Source: Felis catus (taxonomy: Eukaryota). Taken from it: a stretch of 64,000 nucleotides of DNA. The number at the start of each line of letters is the position of its first letter. Position 1 is the first letter of the stretch. The translations under genes and the position numbers were made by a program. The notes beneath the pieces were generated by a model. It ran no database searches and was not told the DNA's origin. It saw only the letters and a program-made list of their open reading frames with translations. The stretch covers positions 199,454,001-199,518,000 of the forward strand of contig NC_058375.1 of assembly GCF_018350175.1 (NCBI RefSeq), given 5' to 3'. This document shows positions 36,701 through 49,180 of this stretch, piece by piece.

Positions 36701-39700
36701 TTATGCCCATGTACAGATAACTCCTGGTCCCACCTCAAGTTCTAGACAATTACTGATTTGCTTTCTGTCTCTACACATTTGTCTTTTATAGGAATTTATG
36801 CAAATGGAAGAATACTCTTCTATTCTACAACACCAGGAAATACACAAATATCAGTAAGGCTGAATGGAAAAGCTCTCAAGCATGTTAAAAGTGATGATGA
36901 CCTGAGAACTAAAATAGGGGCTCTAACTAGTGTTTTCTATTAGAATTTGGTAAATTCTCCTCAGAATTAGAAGAATTGGTTTTGCTTTATCATGTCTCAT
37001 GTGCCCAATTGGAAAGACTGGATTCCATGCTTCTTAATACACTCCACCTTTTAAAGGAACATCAGAGAAGGAATTCACCAGTGCACTATCTCGTCCTGGA
37101 AAGTCCCGGTTAGTTTGGAGTTTTAAGTTTGTATGTTTTGGTTTTTTTTGAGACTATGGCAGATCAAGTATTAAAAAATATATAGTAGCTGATTTATAAG
37201 CATGAAAACTATACAAAATATATCTGTTGGAAGTATGTTCATACCTGGGAACACATTTCTGACATACCAAGCAATAAGGAAATAAATGAAAGAGTCAGCT
37301 AGGATTAGACAGCAGAGCCAACCAAAGGAGGTAGTGTCATCCTGAACTGGGGAACTGTACATATTTTCCCACTGAAGACCTAAAAAGTAAACACATGTAT
37401 TTATTCTTCTGCGAGACGTACTGCAGTGGGAAGGATAAAATCTAGTTTTAAAGGAAGTGAGCCTACCAATGCCTTGCTCCTCATATCTTGCAATGTATTG
37501 ACTTGCATAACTGAATGCTGTTGGGGACAGCAGGCTCTGTGAAGAAATGAAACAGCAATGATAGTTCTTATAAGTTTTGTGCAAGAGGGATCTAAACATA
37601 CTTAAAACTTTGGACACTTATACAGATAAAATTGACACTAACTCCCTAAGCGTATTTAAAAATGGAGAGATCCCATTGGTACGGGTCCAGAGGTCCTGTA
37701 CCAAGCACACTATCCCTCTGAAGAAGAGAAGAGGGAATAGCGGAAAACAAAATCAGGAAAATTATGCTTGGAAAATATTTGTCCAAAACCCAAAATATGT
37801 ATCTAAACTTAGTAAATGTTACTCAGCAATTTATAAGATAGGTAATTAAAGGGTAATGCAATGCTAAGACTAAAATCAAATCAACTGTTAGAAGCCATAA
37901 GATGTTTTTACTTCATAAATTGATTACAGGTAACAGAAGTACTATGAATTAAAATATACTAAAATATGAATTGATTGAATACTTACAATGTAACAAATTA
38001 GGAATTTAATGTTGCATTAACCCAAAGTAGTCAATGTTAAATGAAAGTTATTTAACACTTTCCATTTCCATAAACACCAAAGTTGCAATATGACTCTCAA
38101 AGAGATTTATTTTTCTGCTTTCCAAATTTCAAACTATTCTTATTGATTTCATTAAAATTCTTAAATTAATTCAATACTTTTGAATTGAAAAGGCAGAAAA
38201 GAATTCAAAATTGATTATATGCTGTCAGTGCATTTGTCTTTATGCCTATAAGTTATATTGTATGTTACCAAACCCGTGAAAATTATTCACACATGTGAAT
38301 AATTACAGTAATAAAGGCTTTAAGATATTTAAGGAGTTGGACCAGAAAAGAAGTTAGAATTTGTGATGATCTTTAAAATGATTGTTTTTAAAAGATTATT
38401 CTTTCTTCAGAAATTATTTCTTAACAGCATTACATACTATGATTTTAACAACGGGGGGAAAGTTTCGTTTTCATTGTCTTATGTTTGTACAGTACTCAAT
38501 GATATAGAAAAAACTATCATTAGAACACTTAAGCTTATTTTGCAATCGCAGAACTTTTCAATTTAGATAAATGAACTTTTAGTTTGAGAGTCTAAAAACA
38601 TAAAAAGAACCAATTCTTATCACACACTAGCCATTCACTTGTGACAGTTGACTCACCATGAATACTTTTACAATGTAACTCAACTCATCCTCAACTGTAA
38701 TCAGAACAATAAAGGGAAAAAAAGCAATGATGTAGATGAGGCNNNNNNNNNNNNNNNNNNNNNNNNNNNNNNNNNNNNNNNNNNNNNNNNNNNNNNNNNN
38801 NNNNNNNNNNNNNNNNNNNNNNNNNNNNNNNNNNNNNNNNNNNNNNNNNNNNNNNNNNNNNNNNNNNNNNNNNNNNNNNNNNNNNNNNNNGATAAGGATG
38901 ACGATGGTAACCAGTAAAAATCCAATACTCTCTATAAGCCAGGCAAAAAAGTGGCTGCAGGAGTTCACACCCATCATCTTCATGTACTGTGAAAAGGAAA
39001 AAGCGTTAGCCCCTTTTTGAGCAGATATTCTCTCAAATAGCAATTATTTCTGCACCATGCCAAAATGCCCACGAGACTCTTCATATATATGGAACTAGGC
39101 ATCTTAATGATTTTCATAAGTCAAGGATTTGTCCATGCTTGCTATGTAAAATTAATACGACCATTTACATCAGCCCAATTTAAATTGTATGCTTTCAGAG
39201 TGCCTAATATAATGGATAATTTGGATGGTGAGGTTCTTTTTTTTTATTTTTTCCAATTTCATTTTATAACTGGTATCTAACTGATGCACCCAGATTAAAT
39301 TAATTTAGAATAGATTATCAAAATTTATGGTGTCTTCTGCAGAATTTTACAACATGAATTTGACACTTGTGCAGGCATGAATATTTCAAGCAGGTAGAAA
39401 AACACGGTTTATTTCAAATTCAGTATAGGGATTGAGATAGCAAAACTCTCTTTAAGAAAAATCTAAACATTGACGGACAACACAATCAGTATTCAGGTTC
39501 CTGAGAAAAGTAGAATGGACCTGATTCCTAAGATTTAAAACATGGAAACTTTGAAGGGAGACTTTCTGCCTTGTGGCACAGCTTCCCCATCCTTAAGATC
39601 ACTGGTAGTCTAGGTCAGGTCTGTCATCTTTGTTTCTCAGAAAGACATTCATGCACCCAAAATGAACTCATGTATCTGAGATTCATGCTCTCTCAATTTA

Positions 39701-42700
39701 TATTCTTTAATAACTCAGTAACATCCCTAAAGGCCAAGGCATTTCACCAAGGTAGAAAAACAGATCAGCATGATATGTTTGAGCATTAACTCAAAGGGAT
39801 TCTGAAAGCTCTAACGTCCCCTGGATCTTGGTTGTCTCAAATTTGATGACATGTTGCAATTTGTGGGAACCTGCATATCCTGGTACCTAGTTTTAACAAT
39901 ACATGATTAATGCTAAGCTTATGAATCAACAGTCCATTTTTTAAAAAAGAACAAAAGAAATGCTCCTCTAAAGCTTTATGATCTAGTATTTCAGGTAAAA
40001 TCAAGGATTTTCAATGTCCTCCTTCTTTAAACCTAACTTGTCCAGGAAGGAAAAAAAAAAAAAAAAAAGGAATGCTGCTGAATCTTTTGCTCTACACGCA
40101 AAATAGTGAATTTTACTTTCTGCCTTTGTAACTTATCACATTTTGATAACTCTGCTGCTCCTCTTGTTGCCATGGAAACAGCTACCTGACTGCCAACAGT
40201 CTAAGCTGTGGGCCTTAAGCTAATCACCGCTGAGAAAAAAGCGTGTGACTTTTTCTCTTAACTTTGCCCTCTTCCTCACCCTCCTCCCTCCTTACTGCTT
40301 CTCTCTTCCCAGGCCTTCCTGCCCTTTGCAGTAAAGATTCAACTTATGTTTCCATAGGAATGGAAGTGTGGGTCAAAGTAAAAAACTCAGCATGGAGCAA
40401 AGATGTACTATGGAAGGTTTCCTCCATTTACTATGTATCTATCATTGAAAACAAAATTACATTTCAGTATGAAAATACACCTCACAGGTCTTACCGAAAT
40501 TTTTTCTCTGCACCCCAACCCATTTGAAAAAATTACCGTGTCATGTTTGATGACTGCATTTCAGAGACACGTGCCTATTCCAGTATGATTATGATACGTT
40601 AGCTCTTTCATTTGCCTTTCTTATTTGTATTTTGAGGTTTAACTGAGTTCATAATTAACTGGAGAGTTATGGGACCCATATAACTACTCCAGAGCTGATA
40701 CCCACCACCTAATTTCATGTGACCTATGCGAAAAATACTTTTCCCCAATAGCAGCGTATGTTAGTAGGAGACAATGTCAATTTATTTCACAAGGTGAATA
40801 TAAAGGATCTAGGACATGAAATAAAGCTGACTTTGGTGTGTGTAAACATGTTTTCCTTTCTCAACAATTTGATAGCTGCAATATAAAACATTTTTATAAC
40901 TAGAAAATTCTCCATTTAAAGCCTTATTAAAAGATAATCTGGCAAACCCGAAGACCAGGACCAAAGGTGTTTATCCCTGTAATTTTGAAATTTTCAAGAT
41001 CTGAGATCAGATCCCTATTCCCAAGAGTTGGTAAAAGTTGGAGGGTGATCATTGCTTCCTATGGACACAGACTGAGCTAGGTGCTTCCAAAAGTGTTCAC
41101 TATTAACATTCTAGCATGAAACTTCAGTGTTGAACTTCAGGATATTGTGCCATGAGCAGAACAGCTGTTATTCATAAAGAGAAAGAGGAAGGAGAGCATG
41201 TAAGTCATCCATAAATTATCCAGATTCACTGCCAACTTCGTTATAATAAATAAGACCAAACCTGCTGATGGAAGATGGCCCACCGAGAATCTCTGGCTAT
41301 GCTTTCCTGGATGTCATTAGTTGATCCTCAGAGTGACATATGTCAGGTGCCAACTTTGCAATCAAAGAGTCACTTATCTCAAGCCTTCCAAACCTGCCTG
41401 AAGCAATTCATCAGCATCTCATAACCTGTTGCTCAAGGAAAACCCCTGTACACAGAGTTTGCTTCAGTGGATGGCAGAAAATACTGAGAGCAGGTTTGGT
41501 AAGATTTTGGGTAAATGTGTTGCCACATTCAAGAGAAGCTTATGCACAGGAACTGACATTAATGCTCTCAGGAAAAGAAATCACAAAGATTCATGTATTT
41601 ACTTGAATCTTCATTCAATCCAACAAGAATGTCAAGCACTAATTTATAAGGAATAGTAACATTTCCTACCTCAATTAAAAATTTTTTCTTAACAATTATT
41701 GTTTTTTAGTAAGATATAAAGGGTGTTGTGATCACTACTTGAAATGTTCCAAATTCCCACTACCGCGATGGATAGTGTCTACGAAGAAGGCATAAAAAAT
41801 GCTTAAAGTGAACTACTAAAATCCCGTTTCTTCAGACCACAGATATTTTAGACTACCTATCTGAACTGAGAAAGAACAACCCCAAAATCTTGTCTCCAGC
41901 TGAATATAAGCACCGAAATCTCCATAAATGACTTAGATTAGATTAGACAGATGAAGCTAACCCATAAATCAAGAAAATAATGTGCAAAAGTACTTCTCTG
42001 TGTGTTGTAAATCAATTTTTGTAACAGTTTTAATATTTTAATTTTTAAAAGCAAGGAACACAGAACAAAACTACAGGCATTTCAAAATAGTTTTTTTTTT
42101 TTTTTTAAACTACTGGATTAATCTCATCAACAAACTTACTGGGCATTAATATTTGTACTAATTCCTTTAACAAATTAAAGAAACTCACCGGAGTCATATC
42201 ATAACAAGGTCAAGGATTAATGGCTTCATTGAAATAGCAACTAACTTGGTTTTCTTGCCCAGATTTAAGAACAATTACAGAAGGAAAAAAAGTATTTTTT
42301 TTTTAATTTTTTTTTCAACTTTTATTTATTTTTGGGACAGAGAGAGAGAGAGAGCATGAACGGGGGAGGGGCAGAGAGAGAGGGAGACACAGAATTGGAA
42401 GCAGGCTCCAGGCTCTGAGCCATCAGCCCAGAGCCTGAAGCGGGGCTTGAACTCACAGACCGCGAGATTGTGACCTGGCTGAAGTCGGACACTTAACCGA
42501 CTGCGCCACCTAGGCGCCCCAAAAAAGTATTTTTTATCCTTTTTTATTTAATTGGAATGAGAAGGACATAGGGAATTAAAAGTTTAGTACTTACTGAATA
42601 TTAAAATTATGGTATTAAAACATGATTTTGAATCTATGGTAACCAAGGAGATTTTCCACCATCATTATCAAAAGTCCTTAAGTGTCTATGCCACCAAAAT

Positions 42701-45700
42701 AAGATAAGAGGGAAAGCAGCTATGATGTGGAAAAGCATTGGTTCAAAGTCAAGACACTTGAGTTCCAGTCTCAGATGGATGACTAACTAGCCCTTCAGTT
42801 TTCACCAAGTCACCTCCCCCTGGGCTCAGCTCTTTTCCCTCTAAACAGGAGGACATAAGATTAGAACCATGAGCAGTAGAGGAAGGCTGACCAGGAGGCA
42901 TTGAGCAGGAGGCGTCCATTCCACATCTCACAAATAGATGGCATTCCTTTGAATTTAGGACACCACTGATTTTAAGATGTGCCATTATTTTTACATGGCA
43001 CCAAAAAAGAAAAATCACCACCAATTAAATGGTGACACCCTACCAAATGCATCCCAATTCCAGAGGCTTTAAGAAGCAAAGGAAAAGAAGTATTACCTTA
43101 GAATTGATAAAATATGGATAACTGAATGCATTCTTGCTGTGGCAGTGAGAGAGTCACATTCTGGAAGTGTGTGCTGAATTAGGTCTAGATAGTAAGGCTT
43201 AGTGGAAGGGACTGGGCCCAAGTGAGTATGAACTGGAAGACTCTAAGCCTGATTCTCTGCTCCCAAGCTCAGTGATTTTCTACTGTATGACTTTGAACCC
43301 TGAGATCAAGTAGTTAAATTTTGAAAGTAGATGCATGCAAAATGAAGACACAAAGCTACCAAGCAGAAACCAGTGTGCCATTAAAAAAAATATGTCTTTC
43401 TTCAATTGAGAAAGAACTCTTCATTATGCTTTGATTTTTAAAAAAAAATTTTTTTTAAAGTGATGTGCTTTAATACACACACTTATATTTACTGTGTGTT
43501 TCTACCACAAATTCTATCTTTAAGGTAGGTATTTATTTTGAAGTAGAAAAGAACTCAGTATCTATCACAATTTTCTACTTTAAGGTTTTCCTTTAATCTG
43601 TGAAGATTCACTTCTAAGTACCAGGAAACTGAAAGAGAAATATAAGATAGGAGTTTGCAACCAAAATTCTGGTTTAGGGCATGGATTCAAGTTTCCCAAA
43701 GATACAAAAATGCTGATTTGAAGGGGCACATGCACCCCAACGTTTATAGCAGTGCTATCAACAATAGCCAAATAATGGAAAGAGCCCAAATGTTCATCGA
43801 CTGATGAATGGATAAAGAAGATGTGGTATTTGGCAATGAAAAAGAATGAAATCTTGCCATTTGCGACTGTGTGGATGGAACTGGAGCATATTATGCTAAG
43901 TGAAATAAGTCAGTTAGAGAAAGATAGTTATCATATGATTTCACTCATATGTGGAATTTGAGAAACTCAACAGATGAATATAGGGGAAGGGAAGGAAAAA
44001 TAAGATAAAAACAGAGAGGGACACAAACTATAAGAGACTCTTAAATACACAGAACAAACTCAAGGGTTGCTGAACAGAGGGTAAGTGAGGGAAATGGGTT
44101 AAATGGGTGATGAACATTAAGGAGGGCACTTCTCAGGATGAGCACTGGGTGTCATATGTAAGAGATGAATCACTGGGTTCTGCTCCTGAAGCCAAGACTA
44201 CACTGTACGTTAAATAACTAGAATACGAAAAAAAAAAAGAAAGAAAAAAAGAAAAAAGAAAAAGAAAACCTTTCTAAGTTGGAATTAAGAAAGTATCACA
44301 CACAGTTCTGAATACAAGAAGGCTCAAACCAGTTGATGAGAGGTTTAGCAAATTGTAATTGAAATATAAAAATGCAGCTGTGAGGATCAACCAGAATTCA
44401 AATAGAAAAGGTAAGAAGTATAGGTTCAAACTCTAGAACACCCCTGGAAGCCTGATGCTGAGCTAACAAAAACATGAATCAGTAATTTGTACCTTTTAAG
44501 GAGAAATAATCAATTGCCTGGAAGCATTGGCAAAGTAAGTCTGAAAAGCACAAGTGGACTAACAAGTTACTCTAACCTCATTATTTCAGGTTGTCAGCCA
44601 GGCCTTGCTATAATTACTGCGCCCCACTTTTGAAATGTTCTTGCTTTCTTTTCACTCAGTGAGTGTAAGGATTGACTCATTACAGGATGAGCAGATAAAA
44701 TAATTTTTATTCCAATACAATCCCAAAATCACACAGCACTTTTTCATAAATTCTAAAAAGAAGTAAGCTATTTTGGATTTGGAAATAATGATGGGGAACA
44801 TGCTCAAGAAGAGACCATGCTTTACATCCCAGGCCCTGTCTTTCATCATTATATTATTAACCTAGTCAGTAGCATAACATGAAATTCTTAGTCTCTATGA
44901 ATCATGAGTCAGTGGAAAATAGGAGAGAAGATAACTGAAGAAGACAAGGCATACTGGAAAGAGAATTTGCTTATTGAGAGCTGAAACAAGCCATCTGTCT
45001 GTCTATGACTATGTCTGTGTCTACATCTATATATCTATATCTAAATTCGTTTGGACTCATTTAGTTACCATGCCAACAATCTTCCTGCCTCACTAATTAT
45101 TACTGTTATTATTTGAATTTCCTATAGGAATTTCATGGGCAAAAATTACTCTTAGGATTATAAATTGTACTCAGATTTTACTCAGAATTATTTACATTTT
45201 GTTTTTTAGAGTCACTTATAACATGATTTCTGCGTAATTTTTTAAAACAAATATTGCTATATCAGCTGCCTTTATGATTCATAAAATATTTTTTAAAAAA
45301 AAAATTTTTTTTAATGTTTATTTATTTCTGAGACAGAGACAGAGCATGAGTTGGGAGGGACAGAGAGAGAGGGAGACACAGAATCAGAAGCAGGCTCCAG
45401 GCTCTGAGCTGTCAGCACACTGCCCGACGCGGGGCTCCAACACACAAACCGTGAGATCATGACCTGACCAACTGAGCTACACACGCGCCCCAAATATTTT
45501 TCTTTTTAATTCATGAGGTATGGGTCGGGCTTTCTGATTTTGTATAGATATGATGAAGAGCATACTAATTATTATACAAATAGATTTTATTCATAATAAA
45601 AAGAGATTCTTGACATACCTCATGAAGCCGGAGATCTTTCTCATAAACAAGTTTTTTTACAAATGCAGCTATAAATACAACCCAGGCAACCATGAGCACA

Positions 45701-45935
45701 ATTGGAAGAGAATAAGAGACACTGGTTAGGAAGCTGCAAAAAAACAGAAACAAAAAAAAATTCAGTGACCCTAATGAATATCAACTGTGCAGATTGTGAT
45801 AAACAAAAACACATTCCCTCTTACAAATTATAATCCTGCTTTGAAATTGAGAATAGTCATTAATATTATTCCGTTATTTATGAAGTACGAAGCTGACTTA
45901 ACAGTAAGCCTTTGATTTTCTTGCTGTATTGTTGC

Positions 45936-45968
<33 letters not shown>

Positions 45969-48900
45969 CAAACAAACCTCTGGATTGTTGGATAAAATTA
46001 CCCTATTGTTTAGAGTGTGTTTGAGTATGTCCTATCTAGGAAAATAATTATTACATAGATATAATTTCAAAGCTCAAAACCCTTCTGTCTAAACTAAATT
46101 CTTATCTAAAAGGCAGATTTAAAATTAGATGATGATCGGTTTATCTAGCTAAAAGCTATATCATCCCAAATTACTGTATTTATCTACTCTTTGGATGCTC
46201 ATAGTTATTATTAAACTAAATTTCCCAAAATGAAATAAAATAAAACTCAAAGCATTCAATTTAAAATGCAAACAAAGAACTTGGATTCCTCAAAATAATG
46301 CTCCAGGAGATGTTTCATAAACAGTATATAAATGACTTTTCTGGTAATGTGTTAAATTAGGCAGTCACTGGAAGACTTCATCAGGCTCCAAATGTATTCT
46401 TCTGTGGCCTGCCCACGATACCAGAAAGTTCCAATGCAGTGTTTCTCAAAGTTAACCATGCATCACAATCACCTGAAGGGCTTACTAAACCACGGATTTC
46501 TGAGCCTTACCCATAAGCTTCTGATTATATCTGGGGTGGGATAAGGAATTTGCATTTTAAACAATTTCCCAGCTGATGTTGATGTTGCTGGTCCAGAGAC
46601 CATACTTTGAGAATCATGGTTCTGACATTACTCACATGTCTATGGGCAAATGAGTAGTTTTCAATGAGAAGAACTCTAAATTGATCTGTTTTCCGTAGTA
46701 GGCTCCACTGACATTTTCACTTAGAGAAAGGCACCAAGGGTACTCCCCTTTTAATCTATAAGGCTAAGGAATTACCTTCAAAGGTCCTCATGAAAAATGC
46801 AAATATTAATGGAACATGACATCACCATCATTCATTATCACTTTAGCATCAGAAGTGTATTATCATCAAAGATAGGAGGGTTTTGTTTGTTTGTTTTGTT
46901 TCATACGTGTGTGTGTTGTTTTTTTGTTTTTGTTTTGTTTTTTGGATGGAGAAGAGGGTGGGGGCCATATCCATTTTTTTTGGTTCCTGGGAAACTGTCT
47001 GGCATGGCTTAGGCACTTAGACAATATTTGTTGAATGAATTTTCTCTTGGTTCAGGTCCAGCCCTAATGGTGTTTCTGGCTCTAGAATTAGGTAAAGGGC
47101 CTCATTCATCAATAACAAATTCCCTAAAATGTTTCTTCCAGTGATGGTGTACTTTAAGATTGGTTTGGTTTAGGTTTGGTTTAATATAAAGGAGAAAATT
47201 CTGGTCTCCTAATCGAAAGACCACTGAGTTACCAGCTATACAACTATGGACACGTTACTTAAGCTTTCTGGATTTTAGTTTTTTCATCAGGAAAATACGG
47301 TTGATGATACCTCATCTCACTTACCGTACTAAGGTTGTTGGGTGAACAGAGGAAATAATATATGTGAAAGCACTTTGTATGCAATAAAGAGTTGATATGT
47401 ATATGTAGGATATTATGACCATACTCCCACGAAGAATGCAGAATATAGTTACTTTTATTCTTAAAAAGAAAATCCAGGTACCCACTATCCTAGGTACCAA
47501 CATTTATAAGGGGGAAAAAAATGAGCGGAAAATAGATGAGAAATTTTCTTTTAATTGAACCCACAGGTCTTTACTATTCGTGCCAGCCGATGCAGTTCCT
47601 ACACAGTTCAGGCTGCAGAGAACTGACTGGCCTCCACAATAAGCAGCTAACCTTGACAACCCACTGGTGGAAGCCTCATCCGTCTCCCTGGACCGCTGCT
47701 GCACAAAGGGCTGCACCACCTCATTTTATCTACAGCTCTTGAAGCAGCCAAAGTAGACAGACACATTGATAGAAAGAAAAAAGAAAAAAAAAAAAAGAGC
47801 AGAGCCATCTAAATTGTATATAAACTGAGCAAATGGGCTAACAAGTGTAATTTCATTAAAGTAATATTCTGCCTCAAGCTTTTATGTAGGAGGATGAGGC
47901 TGACTGTGGTCAGAGTGGAGGAGCCAGCCAGCGCTACCCGCCTGGCAGACTTTTTGAACATTCAAATTCAATTGTCTAAAACATGATCCGTACATTTTTT
48001 GTTGATGTAGCAAACCATTTGAGATAAGGATTTCTAGCAAGTGGACTGGTAGTACCTAACATAACATAGTGTTAGATGGCATAATATTTATCTTAGAGAG
48101 TGAATCAATGATGTGCTTTATCAAAATTTTTCTTAAAATTGGTCATGGACTCACAGATTTTTAATAAAATTTGAGAGTTGGAAGAGATGTTAAGATTGCC
48201 TTGTTTAATCCTCTCCTTTCACTAGAGAAAGCGAAGACCAGTAGAGAGTAGGTAGCATCAAAATCGTGCAGTGATGCATTCAGGTCTGTAGTTTAATGTT
48301 CCTAATTCAAGGGCCATAGTCCTTGGAAAGCTAAGGGTTATGATGAAGAAAACCTGAATCATTTGGTAAGAACTTTGCCATCATTTTGGTAACCATGAGC
48401 AGCTGTAGTGGAGCTGTGCGCTGTACCATCGACCCTTTCCTGGAAGCAAGCTTTAGACAAAACTTTGGTAAAAGAGATCGCTTTCATTTGATACATGTGA
48501 ATGAATACATAGAAATGAGTGCTCAAAAAAGTGGTTGACTATTAAAAGAGGCTAGAGCTGCAGAGACTTACTTGTCTTTCATGTAGCAGGGATATGGAAT
48601 TGCTTGGACCTGGACTGCTATTTCCTGGGAGTTTCTTCCAGTCTGCAATTCAATGATTGCTCTCTCAATACTATCCTGTAAGTAAACAAAAGCCCTGCCA
48701 TAGATCTGGTTATGTGATGGAGAATTGTGTGGCCCCGGGGCCCAAATCTTGGTCCTTATGCTTCTTGTGGTCTGTGCAGTCTTGAGACTCATGCGGATGG
48801 TATATTTTATGACAGGGGGAAGAGAGACATTTTCAGAGTCATAGCCTCTATGCCGACTTCTGTTAGAAGGAAGCTTAAAAATAACACCTAAAAATAAAAG

Positions 48901-49149
48901 GGAAACAACAGCATAAAGGTTATTTTATGGTTGACATTATTCATTGTTTGGAGGGGACACTTAGGGGGCAGCCAAACAGGCAATTGAGTTTGTAATGTGA
49001 CAGTAAGTTCAGGCTCCTAATTTACAGGAAAGATGGCTAACTGGAAGTGACAACTTCAGAGATTCAAAGCAGGAGTTTGAGAATATAATTACAAACTAAG
49101 TGGCCAGATTAAATAGATCACTCTAAGCCACTTACTAAAATTAAAACAT

Positions 49150-49180
<31 letters not shown>

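Noticed and set aside
47643-47756. Novel insulin/relaxin-like peptide gene
   Set aside because: No start codon, an in-frame stop directly upstream, the last A-chain cysteine is absent, and there is no B-chain or signal peptide nearby. Kept only as part of the unexplained-segment finding.
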